This document shows positions 37,871-47,736 of a DNA stretch of 64,000 nt, in pieces; position 1 is the stretch's first letter, and the number at the start of each line of letters is the position of its first letter. Position numbers and translations under genes: made by a program. Source of the DNA: an uncultured Verrucomicrobiae bacterium (GTDB lineage: Bacteria > Verrucomicrobiota > Verrucomicrobiia > Limisphaerales > Palsa-1400). Below the pieces are notes generated by a model, which made no database searches, had not been told where the DNA came from, and saw nothing but the letters and a program-made list of their open reading frames with translations. The stretch covers positions 672,001 to 736,000 of the forward strand of contig CAVPOM010000004.1 of assembly GCA_963707025.1 (NCBI GenBank), read 5' to 3'.

Positions 37871-39529
37871 ATGATTCTTGAAACCACCAAACGCTCTTGC
37901 GGCCGGCTTGGCGCCGCAGCCCTGGCCGGTCTTGGCCTTGCCCTTTTCAGCGGTCCAACTCCGGCGCTGGGGGCCGCAAACCCCCTGCCGCAGGTCGTGA
38001 CCCAAAACGGACGCCATGCCCTCATGGTGGACGGCGCGCCCTACCTCATCCTGGGCGCGCAGTGCCACAACTCCAGCGCCTGGCCGGGCTTGCTCCCCAA
38101 GGTCTGGCCGGCCATTGATGATCTCCACGCCAACACGCTGGAAATCCCGGTTTATTGGGAGCAATTCGAGCCGGAACTGGGCGTCTTCGACACCTCGATT
38201 GTTGACTTGATCCTGAAGCAGGCCCGCCAACACAACGCGCGCCTGGTCCTCCTCTGGTTCGGCACCTGGAAAAACGGCAGCTCGCATTACCTCCCATCCT
38301 GGGCCAAAAGCCGGCCGGATCTGTTCCCCCGCATGATCGCCAGGGATGGACGGCGGGTGGATTCGCCCTCCCCTTTCGCCGCGTCGGCCCTGCAGGCCGA
38401 TACGCGCGCCTTCAGTTCCCTGATGCGCCACCTCAAGTCCGCCGACCCCGTTCACACCGTCATCATGGTCCAGGTTGAAAATGAACCGGGAACCTGGGGC
38501 GGCACCGTCCGCGACTATTCCCCGGAGGCGGAAAAAGTGTTTGCCGCGCCCGTGCCGGCGGAGTTCTTGCAGGCGCTGGGCGCCAACCGCGGCGCCGGCG
38601 GGAATTGGCGGGAGGTTTTCGGCACCAACGCCGACGAGTATTTTCAGGCCTGGGCCGTGGCCCGTTACATCGGCCAGGTGGCCGCGGCCGGCAAGGCCCA
38701 ATATCCCTTGCCCATGTATGTCAACGCCGCCTTGCGCGATCCGCTGGCCCCCGGCCCCGCCGGCACCTATGAAGCCGGCGGCGCGACCGACAATGTGCTT
38801 GACATTTGGAAGGCGGCCGCCCCGGCCATTGATATTCTCGCCCCCGACATTTACCAGAATGACAGCGCCAAATATCGCGCGGTGCTGGAACATTATGCCC
38901 GGCCCGACAACACGCTGTTTGTCCCCGAAACCGGCGGCAGCGGCAACGCCAGCCGGATGTGCTTTGCCGCCCTGGGACGCGGCGCCGTCGGCTGGTCGCC
39001 CTTTGGCCTGGACTACACGCGGACAACGGAGGAGGCGCTCGCGCCCGTCGGGCTGAACTACCGGATGCTCGAACCGATCATGCGCGAAGTGGCGCGGCTC
39101 AATTTCGAAGGCAAAGTCCAGGCCGTGGCGGAGGAGGCGGGCCAGCCGGAGGCCGCGCTGGATTTTGGCGCGTGGCGGGCGGTCATCGGTTTTGGCGCGA
39201 CGGGCCGCGGCGGGCGGGGCGCCGCGCCGGGAAACCCCACGCCGACAGGCCGCGCCCTGGTCGCGCAAATTGCGGAAAACCAATTCTACGTCACCGGCGC
39301 TTATTGCAAAATTGATTTCCGGGCCGCCTCCGGCGGACAGCGCGACTTTCTCCGGGTGGAGGAAGCCGCGCCGCTGGAAAGGCCGGCCCGCTCCTCCCGC
39401 AATGAGCCTGGCGGCCCGGCGGCTTCGGCCTTCCGCGCTTTGCGGATTTGGAACGGGGACGAGACCGATTATGGCCTGAACTTCGGTTCCGCGCCGCAAG
39501 CGCTGCGCGTTGCCTTGGGCACCTATTGA
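37871..39529 (+). CDS. GH35-related glycoside hydrolase (DUF5597-type, putative beta-galactosidase)
   Basis: LMVDGAPYLILG, YWEQFEP, LLWFGTWKNG, MVQVENE, LAPDIY, LFVPET, NGDET; signal peptide. Confidence 0.8.
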   Translation: MILETTKRSCGRLGAAALAGLGLALFSGPTPALGAANPLPQVVTQNGRHALMVDGAPYLILGAQCHNSSAWPGLLPKVWPAIDDLHANTLEIPVYWEQFEPELGVFDTSIVDLILKQARQHNARLVLLWFGTWKNGSSHYLPSWAKSRPDLFPRMIARDGRRVDSPSPFAASALQADTRAFSSLMRHLKSADPVHTVIMVQVENEPGTWGGTVRDYSPEAEKVFAAPVPAEFLQALGANRGAGGNWREVFGTNADEYFQAWAVARYIGQVAAAGKAQYPLPMYVNAALRDPLAPGPAGTYEAGGATDNVLDIWKAAAPAIDILAPDIYQNDSAKYRAVLEHYARPDNTLFVPETGGSGNASRMCFAALGRGAVGWSPFGLDYTRTTEEALAPVGLNYRMLEPIMREVARLNFEGKVQAVAEEAGQPEAALDFGAWRAVIGFGATGRGGRGAAPGNPTPTGRALVAQIAENQFYVTGAYCKIDFRAASGGQRDFLRVEEAAPLERPARSSRNEPGGPAASAFRALRIWNGDETDYGLNFGSAPQALRVALGTY

Positions 39530-39540
39530 GGCGCAATAAA

Positions 39541-41505
39541 ATGAAATCAAACTCTCTGGCGAAATGGGCCGGCGGGCTTGCCCTGCTGGCCGCCGTGGCT
39601 TCCCTTTCACCGGCGCGCGCCGGCGGTTACTCCAACCTCAGTGTCTGCGTCTATTTCCGCTATCAGGAGGTCCACTCCATTCCCGCCAGCCTGGCGCGTT
39701 TTTCCAACCAGTGGGCCAATGTCGAAAAACAGGTCAAGGTGGACAAGGTTTATCTGGAAACCACCCGCAACGGCGAATTGGCCGGCGACGCCGACGTGGA
39801 AACGCTGAAAAAATTCTTCCACGACCGTGGCATCCGGACTTCCGGCGGCCTGGGGCTGACCGCCCAGGAAAGCGACGGCTTCCGATCCTACGACTACAAC
39901 GCCCCGGCGGATCGCGCCCGGGTCAAGGCCATGTCCGAGTTCACCGCCCGACACTTCGACGAGATCATTCTGGACGACTTTTTTTTCTCCAACGACAAGG
40001 GCGAGGATGCCATTGCGGCCAAGGGCGGCAAAAGCTGGACGCAATTCCGCACGGAGCTGATGGATGAGGTCTCGCAAAACCTGATCATTGCGCCCGCCAG
40101 AGCTGTCAATCCTAAAGTCCGCCTGATCATCAAGTATCCCAACTGGTACGAGAGCTTCCAGGGCCTGGGTTACGATCTGGCGGTCGAGCCGAAACTTTTT
40201 GACGCCCTCTACACCGGCACGGAGACGCGCGACGCCAATTCCGGCCAGCGGTTGCAGTCCTACCAGAGCTACCTCCAAACCGAGTATTTCAACCGCATCA
40301 AGCCCGGCGGCAACCAGGGCGGGTGGATTGACGGCGGCGGCGACGCCCGCTACGCCGAACAGTTCTGGGACACCTTTTTCGCAAAAGTGCCGGAAATCAT
40401 GCTCTTCAACTCGCAGCAAATCATGCAAGGCCTGGGCGGACGCGGCGGACGCGGCGGACGCGGCGGAGGCGGCGGTGGGGCAGGGGAACCGGACACCAAT
40501 TCCATCCTCGCCAATCTGATGGCGCCCATTGTCCAGGCCGACGGTTCGACTTACACCCCAAACATGGTGGCCCGCACCGCCGGCTACTCGGCGGAACTGC
40601 TGGATCGCTTTCTCGGCAAGCTGGGCAGGCCCATCGGCGTTCCCACCTACAAACCCTGCAACTCCGCCGGCGAAGCCTATCTGCCCGATTACCTCGGCAT
40701 GGCCGGCGTCCCGATTGACCTGGTGCCGGACTTTCCCGGCAATGCTCCAACAATTCTATTGACAGCCGCCTCCAAATACGACCCTGACCTGGTGGCCAAG
40801 ACGAAGGAATTTGTGCGAAAAGGCGGCCAGGCCATCGCCACCACGGGCCTGCTTGAGGCCTTGGGTGACAAGGGCTTTCAGGACATCGCGGAAATTGAAG
40901 TGACCGGACACCGCGTCCTGGCCACGCGCTTCGGCGGCGGTCGCGGCGGTTTGGGCGGCGGCAATCGCGGCGCAGACGCGGCCGGGGCGCCGCCGGCCGC
41001 CCTGAACATGCTCCTGCCGCAATTGCGTCATTTTGAAAACGATTCCTGGACGGCCCTCAACTTCGAGACCGCCGATTCCGGCTATCCCATGGTCGTGCGC
41101 GCCTCCTGCGGCAAGGGAACTTTTTATGCGCTGGCCGTGCCGGATGATTTTGGGGACATCTACCGCCTGCCGCAGCCCGTCCTGACCCAGCTCCGCAACC
41201 TCCTGGGCCGGGACCTCTTCGTTAATCTTGACGCCCCGGATCACGTCAGCCTGTTCGCCTACGATAATCGCATGTTTATTGTGCAAAACTTCCAGTCCCA
41301 ACCGGTCACCGCGCGCGTCTCCGTGGTGCGCGCGACCGCCTTGCGCGATCTGCTCAGCGAGCAGACGATTGCGCCAGCGCAGGCCGGTGGCGCTTTTGGT
41401 GGAGGCGGCGGTCGCGGCGGTCGTGGCGGAATTCCCGGCAACGGCGGCAGCACCTTCGAGTTCCCGGTCCCCCCTCATTCCTTCCGCGTCTTCGCCGCCG
41501 AATAA
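39541..41505 (+). CDS. Secreted hypothetical protein, probably a TIM-barrel glycoside hydrolase-like enzyme
   Basis: Signal peptide ARA-G; HFDEIILDDFFF, IIKYPNWYE, YTGTETRD; 11 bp after the GH35-like gene. Confidence 0.6.
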   Translation: MKSNSLAKWAGGLALLAAVASLSPARAGGYSNLSVCVYFRYQEVHSIPASLARFSNQWANVEKQVKVDKVYLETTRNGELAGDADVETLKKFFHDRGIRTSGGLGLTAQESDGFRSYDYNAPADRARVKAMSEFTARHFDEIILDDFFFSNDKGEDAIAAKGGKSWTQFRTELMDEVSQNLIIAPARAVNPKVRLIIKYPNWYESFQGLGYDLAVEPKLFDALYTGTETRDANSGQRLQSYQSYLQTEYFNRIKPGGNQGGWIDGGGDARYAEQFWDTFFAKVPEIMLFNSQQIMQGLGGRGGRGGRGGGGGGAGEPDTNSILANLMAPIVQADGSTYTPNMVARTAGYSAELLDRFLGKLGRPIGVPTYKPCNSAGEAYLPDYLGMAGVPIDLVPDFPGNAPTILLTAASKYDPDLVAKTKEFVRKGGQAIATTGLLEALGDKGFQDIAEIEVTGHRVLATRFGGGRGGLGGGNRGADAAGAPPAALNMLLPQLRHFENDSWTALNFETADSGYPMVVRASCGKGTFYALAVPDDFGDIYRLPQPVLTQLRNLLGRDLFVNLDAPDHVSLFAYDNRMFIVQNFQSQPVTARVSVVRATALRDLLSEQTIAPAQAGGAFGGGGGRGGRGGIPGNGGSTFEFPVPPHSFRVFAAE

Positions 41506-41647
41506 AACCCCCTCATGCGGAAAGAAAACACTGCGATGCGATTAGCATTTTCCCGGGCCTGACGGGTTGACGGCTCAAAACACTTTTAGCCGTCGGCGAG
41601 GCTCTGGCACAACGAGCGGGCGGGGCGGTGCTCCCAAACTCCCCCAT

Positions 41648-41679
41648 CACTCCAGCACTCCAGCACTCCAGCACTCCAT
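41648..41679 (+). repeat. Octamer tandem repeat (CACTCCAG)x4
   Basis: cactccag cactccag cactccag cactccat, intergenic. Confidence 0.85.
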
Positions 41680-41748
41680 CGCCCCTCCCGCGGCGGTTTT
41701 TGCTGTGTTTCGGGCGGCGGGTGCGCCATGCTCCACGGCCACGGAATT

Positions 41749-42651
41749 ATGCGACTGATCGGCCGGCTAAATAGTGAATCCAACGCCAAGTCTTTTGGCG
41801 ATTATTTGACGTGCCTGGAAATCCGCAACGCGGTCGAAGCGGAGCCGGACGGCCAGTGGGCGGTCTGGGTTTTTTCGGAGGATCAACTGGAGGCCAGTCA
41901 TCAGGCGCTGACGGATTTTGTGGCGCATCCAAAAGATCCGAAGTTTCGGCGCGCTTCGGAAAAGGCCGGGGCCATCCGGCAACGCGAGGAGAAGGAAAAA
42001 AGCGAATTTGCCAAACGCGTTCTGACGCCGGAGACGATGTGGGGGGGCTTCTCTCTGGGGCCGTTGACCGTGGTGCTGATGGGCGCGTGCATCGGCCTGG
42101 CGGTGGTGGCCGGGTTTCCCCCGGAGGAAGGATACCTCGTAGATCACCGCGTTTATCGGAACCTCTATATTAGCTTGGCGACTTCCGGTTCGGCGTTTCT
42201 GCCGGAAATCCGCCAAGGCGAGGTTTGGCGGCTCATCACGCCGGCCTTCATTCACATGAATCTGATTCATTTGGTGTTCAACATGTTTTGGTTGAAAGAC
42301 CTCGGTTCGATGATCGAAGCCAGGAAGGGAACCTTGACCCTGCTCGTCATGGTGCTGCTGGTGGCGGCGGTTTCAGATTTCGCCCAGTATTGGGTCTCTG
42401 GGCCGGACTTTGGCGGCATGTCCGGGGTCCTCTATGGCCTGTTCGGCTACATTTGGATGCGCGGCAAATTTGAGCCCGCTTCCGGGCTGCACCTGCATCC
42501 GACCAACGTCATCATCATGGTGGGCTGGTTTTTTCTCTGCCTCCTTCATATTATTCCGCACGTCGCCAATAGCGCGCATGGCGTGGGGTTGGCCCTGGGG
42601 ATGATTTGGGGCGCGGGGCCGCCCCTGGCAAAAAAGCTTTTGAAACTTTGA
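41749..42651 (+). CDS. glpG: Rhomboid intramembrane serine protease GlpG-like with soluble N-terminal domain
   Basis: WRLITPAFIH, HLVFNM, GGMSGVLYGLFG, ANSAHGVGL. Confidence 0.88.
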   Translation: MRLIGRLNSESNAKSFGDYLTCLEIRNAVEAEPDGQWAVWVFSEDQLEASHQALTDFVAHPKDPKFRRASEKAGAIRQREEKEKSEFAKRVLTPETMWGGFSLGPLTVVLMGACIGLAVVAGFPPEEGYLVDHRVYRNLYISLATSGSAFLPEIRQGEVWRLITPAFIHMNLIHLVFNMFWLKDLGSMIEARKGTLTLLVMVLLVAAVSDFAQYWVSGPDFGGMSGVLYGLFGYIWMRGKFEPASGLHLHPTNVIIMVGWFFLCLLHIIPHVANSAHGVGLALGMIWGAGPPLAKKLLKL

Positions 42652-42687
42652 GCTTTTTAGCCCGTAAAAGCGCTTTAAATTACAATT

Positions 42688-44085
42688 ATGAACGAACCAT
42701 TCCGAAGCGAGAGCGATTCCATGGGGCCGATGCAAATCCCCGCCCGCGCCTATTACGGCGCGCAGACGGCGCGGGCGGTGGAGAATTTTCCCATCAGCAA
42801 CCTGCGTTTTCCACGCTCCTTCATCCACGCCCTGGGCTTGATCAAGAAGCACGCCGCGCTGACCAACCAGGAGTTGGGAGGACTCAAGCCGCCGCTGGCC
42901 GGCGCCATCGTCCAGGCCGCGCAGGAGGTGGCGGAGGGCAAGTGGGACGGGGAATTTGTGCTGGACATTTTTCAAACCGGCTCCGGCACCTCCACCAACA
43001 TGAACGCCAACGAGGTCATTGCCAACCGCGCCATGGAGTTGCTCGGCGGCAAACGGGGCGAGAAACTGGTTCACCCCAACGACCACGTCAACCGCGGCCA
43101 ATCCAGCAACGACGTCATTCCCACCGCCATCCACCTGGCCGCGCTGGAGGCGATGGAACGGCGGCTGCTGCCGGCGCTGGCCGGATTGCAGGAGGCGCTG
43201 CAACGGAAGGCGGAGGAATTTCACGACGTGCTCAAAATCGGCCGCACCCATTTGCAGGACGCCACCCCCATCCGGCTCGGCCAGGAATTCGGCGGTTATG
43301 CCAGCCAGGTCCAGCATGGCCTGGCCCGCTTGCGCGCGGCGGAGAAAGATCTGGGCGAATTGGCCCTGGGCGGCACGGCGGTGGGCACCGGCATCAACAC
43401 CCATCCCGAATTTGCCCGCCGCACCATTGCCCGGCTGGCCGCCGAAATGAACCTGCCGCTGCGCGAGGCGGCGGACCATTTCGAGGCGCAAGGCGGACGC
43501 GACGCGGTGGTGGAAGCCAGCGGCATGCTCAAGACGGTGGCCGTGAGCCTGATCAAGATCGCCAACGATATCCGGCTCCTCGGCTCCGGTCCGCGCCTGG
43601 GCTTGGGCGAATTAAAATTGCCCGCCACCCAGCCCGGTTCCTCCATCATGCCCGGCAAGGTCAATCCGGTGATGTGCGAGATGGTCCTGCAAGTTTGCGC
43701 GCAAGTGCTGGGCAACGACGCCGCCATCACGTTCAGCGGCAGTTTTGGCAACTTTGAGCTCAACGTCATGCTGCCGGTCATGGCCCATAATCTTTTGCAG
43801 TCCATCGAACTGCTGGCCGCGGCGGCCGAAGTTTTTGCGCGGCGTTGCGTGGCGGGGCTGGAAGTGGACCGCGACAAATGCCGCAACAACCTGGAATTGA
43901 GCCTTTCCAACTGCACCGTTCTGGCGCCGGTCATCGGCTATGACAAGGCGGCGAAAATTGCCAAGGTCGCTTTTGAAACCAATCGCACCGTCCGCCAGGT
44001 CGCCTTGGAAATCTCCGGCCTGGACCCGGCCCGCCTGGAGGAGTTGCTGGACCCGGCCAAACAAACCGCCCCCGGCGGCGAATGA
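42688..44085 (+). CDS. fumC: Class II fumarate hydratase
   Basis: QTGSGTSTNMNANEV, HPNDHVN, QSSND, IGRTHLQDATP, GSSIMPGKVNP. Confidence 0.95.
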   Translation: MNEPFRSESDSMGPMQIPARAYYGAQTARAVENFPISNLRFPRSFIHALGLIKKHAALTNQELGGLKPPLAGAIVQAAQEVAEGKWDGEFVLDIFQTGSGTSTNMNANEVIANRAMELLGGKRGEKLVHPNDHVNRGQSSNDVIPTAIHLAALEAMERRLLPALAGLQEALQRKAEEFHDVLKIGRTHLQDATPIRLGQEFGGYASQVQHGLARLRAAEKDLGELALGGTAVGTGINTHPEFARRTIARLAAEMNLPLREAADHFEAQGGRDAVVEASGMLKTVAVSLIKIANDIRLLGSGPRLGLGELKLPATQPGSSIMPGKVNPVMCEMVLQVCAQVLGNDAAITFSGSFGNFELNVMLPVMAHNLLQSIELLAAAAEVFARRCVAGLEVDRDKCRNNLELSLSNCTVLAPVIGYDKAAKIAKVAFETNRTVRQVALEISGLDPARLEELLDPAKQTAPGGE

Positions 44086-44918
44086 AAACCGGCCGGCAAA
44101 AAAAGGCCCTGGCCTGCGCGGTCCGGGCGGCGCGGCAGGCCGGCGCCTTGATGCGCCGCAATCAATTAGTCAAGAAGAAAATAAACTCCCAGTCCCGCTA
44201 CGACATCAAGCTGGACCTGGATGTGCGCTGCCAAAAAATCATCCAGGCCATTTTGCTGGGCGCTTTTCCCGGCTCGGGGCTGCTGGGCGAGGAGGGCCTG
44301 GCCGGGGTGGCGGAGGCGGCGCTGCGCTGGGTGGTGGATCCGATTGACGGCACGGTCAACTTCACTTATGGCGTCCCTCATGCCTGCGTCTCCATCGCGC
44401 TGCAAGAGCGCGACGGGAGGGCAGGGGACTACGAGACGATCATCGGGGTGGTCTATGATCCGTTTTGCGACGAACTTTACACGGCGGCGCGCGGCGCTGC
44501 GGCGCGACTCAACGGCCGGATCATCCATGTCAGCGCGAGAAAAAAATTGGCGGCGGCCATCGTGGCCATCGGTTTTTCCAAGGACGCGGCGAGTTTGCGG
44601 GAAAACCTGCCGGTCTTCAACGCCCTGGTGCGGCGCGTGCTCAAAATGCGCATGACCGGTTCGGCGGCGCTTTCCCTGGCTTACGTGGCCAGCGGACGAT
44701 TCGACGCTTATGTGGAATCCGGCGTGCGGATCTGGGACATCGCGGCGGCGGGTTTTATTCTGGAGCGGGCCGGCGGCGACTTCTGGCACAGACCCATTGC
44801 CGGCGATTACAAGTATGCCATGCTGGCGAACAATGGGTTGCTGCGCAGCAAAGTGGAGCGCGTGGCGCGCGAGGCCAGGCGCTCAGCAGCGAGGATGGAA
44901 GATGGCGTGGGGAAATGA
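44082..44918 (+). CDS. suhB: Inositol monophosphatase family protein (SuhB-like)
   Basis: LGEE, WVVDPIDGTVNF, GSAALSLAYVASGRFD, WDIAAA; ATGA overlap with fumC. Confidence 0.85.
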   Translation: MKTGRQKKALACAVRAARQAGALMRRNQLVKKKINSQSRYDIKLDLDVRCQKIIQAILLGAFPGSGLLGEEGLAGVAEAALRWVVDPIDGTVNFTYGVPHACVSIALQERDGRAGDYETIIGVVYDPFCDELYTAARGAAARLNGRIIHVSARKKLAAAIVAIGFSKDAASLRENLPVFNALVRRVLKMRMTGSAALSLAYVASGRFDAYVESGVRIWDIAAAGFILERAGGDFWHRPIAGDYKYAMLANNGLLRSKVERVAREARRSAARMEDGVGK

Positions 44919-44954
44919 GCACATCTGGGATCAGCCGCCCGCGGATGTTTGGTT

Positions 44955-46505
44955 TCAGGATTTCGGCTCTTCCCCGGCATTGCCTTCGCCTCTTGGCTTG
45001 CTGCTTGTCGGCGCGTCTAACTGCTCGAACAGCGGCTTGGCCTTCTCCCAAACCACCGTGGGGACCTTCTCCTCTTGCGCCAGGGTGTCAACGTCGCCAT
45101 CGAACAGCGATTGCCCATCCTTGTCGCGCGCCGTCAGGTGTTTTTTTGCCCCTGCCTCAATGATTAACGTGCCGTTCTCGTCGCTTTGGACAATCGTTCG
45201 GTTTGAATTGCGCTTGTTGCGGACGATGACGGTGGCGTCCTTGTCCACAGCAACGCCGTCGCGCGCCAGGTCCTTCAGTTCACGGCCAACCACGGTCAGG
45301 GTTTTTCCGTCGCTGGACGCCTGGCGCACCGCGTCCTGGATCGCTTTGCTGGTCTGATCCATGGTGCGTTGGATTTCGTAATTCACCTTGGCTTTGTCCA
45401 GACCGGCGCGCGCCAGGGAATCACCCACGAAGCGCAATTGGCCGCTCAGGCGGTTAACCTGGTACTGAAGGATTGGCAGATCGCCTAACAGCGGTCCGTC
45501 TTCCCTGTCAGACGCCCGGTCTGAAGTCGTCTTTCCCAGTTTGACGGCGGCGGTCTGCTTCTTGCCGCCCCGGTAAAAGGTCAGATTGATCGTGTCGCCC
45601 TCCGCGCGCATTTGCACCAATTTGCGCAACTGCATCGGGTGGACGAGCATCTGGCCGTCCAGCTCGACCAAAACATCGTTCGTGTGAAAATCAGCCTTCT
45701 CCGCCGGGCTGTCCGGCGCGATGAAGTTGACCGTCAATCCCTCCCCTGGCTTCAGGCCCAATTGTGAGGACAACGCCTCGTCCTCGGAGGATTCTCCGAA
45801 CGACAACCCCAGCCACGCGACTTCCTTGGCCTGCTTATTTTTGGCAACCCCGGGATAGAATGTAGAGTTCAAGCTTCCATCAGGGTTAAGCCGGGCAATC
45901 TGGGAAGCCCGCTGGAACCAAATGTTTTGCCCGAAGCTCGGCAATGTTCCTTCTTCCTGGTCAGACGCCTGGTCCGAAGTTGTCTTTCCCAGTTTGACGG
46001 AGGCGGTTTGCCTCTCGCCACCGCGGTAGAAGGTCAGTTTAATCGTGTCGCCCACCGCGTGCATTTGCACCAATTTGCGCAACTGCTGCGGGTGGACCAG
46101 CATCTGGCCGTCCAGTTCCACCAGAACATCGTTTGTGTGAAAATCAGCCTTCGCCGCCGGACTTTCCGGCGCGAGGGAGTTGACCGTCAATCCTTCCCCT
46201 GCCTTCAGGCCTAATTGTGAGGACAAGGCCTCGTCCTCGGAGGACTCCTCGACCTTCAATCCCAGCCAGGCGACTTCCTTGGCCGGCCTTTTTTTGGCAT
46301 AAGGCGCGGCGGATTGGAAGCTGATTCGGGGCTGGGCTTTTGATGTGGCGGCCGCCGGCCGGTTATTGTCGGCGCTCTGCGCCTGGGCCGTCAACACCAC
46401 CGCGCGCTCATCCTGGGCCTGCGCCCGCGCCGGCAACCAGCCGGCCAACAAAACGCTGGAACCGATGGTGGCGATTACAACTGTGCTGCGAACAACATTT
46501 TTCAT
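44955..46505 (-). CDS. Secreted protein with two near-identical PDZ domains
   Basis: Signal peptide; two copies of KEVAWLGL...LSSQLGLK.GEGLTVN...SPA.KADFHTNDVLVELDGQMLVHP; no protease domain. Confidence 0.85.
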   Translation of the reverse strand: MKNVVRSTVVIATIGSSVLLAGWLPARAQAQDERAVVLTAQAQSADNNRPAAATSKAQPRISFQSAAPYAKKRPAKEVAWLGLKVEESSEDEALSSQLGLKAGEGLTVNSLAPESPAAKADFHTNDVLVELDGQMLVHPQQLRKLVQMHAVGDTIKLTFYRGGERQTASVKLGKTTSDQASDQEEGTLPSFGQNIWFQRASQIARLNPDGSLNSTFYPGVAKNKQAKEVAWLGLSFGESSEDEALSSQLGLKPGEGLTVNFIAPDSPAEKADFHTNDVLVELDGQMLVHPMQLRKLVQMRAEGDTINLTFYRGGKKQTAAVKLGKTTSDRASDREDGPLLGDLPILQYQVNRLSGQLRFVGDSLARAGLDKAKVNYEIQRTMDQTSKAIQDAVRQASSDGKTLTVVGRELKDLARDGVAVDKDATVIVRNKRNSNRTIVQSDENGTLIIEAGAKKHLTARDKDGQSLFDGDVDTLAQEEKVPTVVWEKAKPLFEQLDAPTSSKPRGEGNAGEEPKS

Positions 46506-46539
46506 GATGATTGTCTCCGATTTCTGTTGGATGCTCTCG

Positions 46540-47025
46540 TCAATAGGTTTCAAAGCGCACCGGCACGACCTCAACTCGCGGGCGGTTTTGCTGAATTTCC
46601 ACCCCGTGGTTCTTGTCCGTCACGACCAGTTGATCCCGCCACTGCCGGCAGCGAAACCGCACCGGCTGTCCCCCCGGCAGGAGCGCGACCACGTCGAAGG
46701 ATGAAACCAACTCCTCATCCACCTGCACGTCGTCGGCCTTGAAACCCGCCGTTGCGCCCGGCGGCAGTTTTTTCGCGCTGCTGGCGAAGTTCGCCTGGAA
46801 GACGAGCCAGCCTGCCATCAGCATGGCCAGGGCCGTGACTGGCGCCAGCCAGCGCCACAACCCCGGCCAGCGGGGCTTCCCGACCGCCGCCTGGAGGAGT
46901 GTCCGCCGCGCCGGCTCCGTTGCGGGCTTGGCCGCTCGCAATCGCGCCATAAAATGCTCTGGCAACGGCGCGGGTGATACACCCCTTAATTCGGTCTCGA
47001 ACCGGTCCAATTCATGTTCGTTCAC
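46540..47025 (-). CDS. Putative single-pass anti-sigma factor
   Basis: GTGA overlap with ECF sigma; N-terminal ELDRFETELR, one TM WLAPVTALAMLMAGWLVF. Confidence 0.7.
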   Translation of the reverse strand: MNEHELDRFETELRGVSPAPLPEHFMARLRAAKPATEPARRTLLQAAVGKPRWPGLWRWLAPVTALAMLMAGWLVFQANFASSAKKLPPGATAGFKADDVQVDEELVSSFDVVALLPGGQPVRFRCRQWRDQLVVTDKNHGVEIQQNRPRVEVVPVRFETY

Positions 47026-47540
47026 GCGACAACCTCCTTCGTCCACTTGCGCAGTTCGAGCAAGCCGTAACGATAGCGCGAGGCCGCCGTATTGGCCGGA
47101 ATGTCGAGTGCTTTGGCAATCTCAGCAAAGGTCAGCCCGCCCCAGACTTTGAGCGTCACGACGTCGCGATAGATTTCCGGCAAATGGCTCATGGCTTTTT
47201 GGATTAACAGGTTGCGCTCCCGTTCGTCCAGGCCGCCATCAAACCAGCAGGATGGGTTGTCCAGATGCGCCGCCACTTCGCGCTCCTGCCGACGCTCATC
47301 CCGGCGCGCCCGATCAATCGCCCGGTGACGAATGGTGGCATACACCAAGCCCAGAGGCGGCGGCGCGCCGTCATGTTGGCGCCGCCATGACTCCACGACC
47401 GCCTCCTGCACCAGGTCCTGGGCGTCGGCTTCGCAACTGATTTGTTGCCGGGCGAAGAGCAACAGCGCGGGCGCATGCCGCGCCAGCCATTGCTCCCACT
47501 CTGAGTCTCCGGGCCATTCATGTTTAGAACCGCTCTTCAC
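47022..47540 (-). CDS. ECF RNA polymerase sigma-70 factor
   Basis: Region 2 DAQDLVQEA, region 4 LPEIYRDVVTLKVWGGLTFAEIAKALDIPANTAASRYR. Confidence 0.92.
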   Translation of the reverse strand: MKSGSKHEWPGDSEWEQWLARHAPALLLFARQQISCEADAQDLVQEAVVESWRRQHDGAPPPLGLVYATIRHRAIDRARRDERRQEREVAAHLDNPSCWFDGGLDERERNLLIQKAMSHLPEIYRDVVTLKVWGGLTFAEIAKALDIPANTAASRYRYGLLELRKWTKEVVA

Positions 47541-47736
47541 GCGATTTCACCTGTGCAAGCGTCGCCGCCGGTCATTTTTGTCTAAAATTATTTAAATTCG
47601 CAAGTGCCAGGCCAACCACGCCTGTGTTTCCGCAACCGGATGAGCTGGACGATGGAAGAGAAATGAAGAATTTGACAACATCGCGCCAGTGCTTTTGTCA
47701 GCGTCCGTCCCTTCTTCTGCCTCCTCCATCCCCGCC

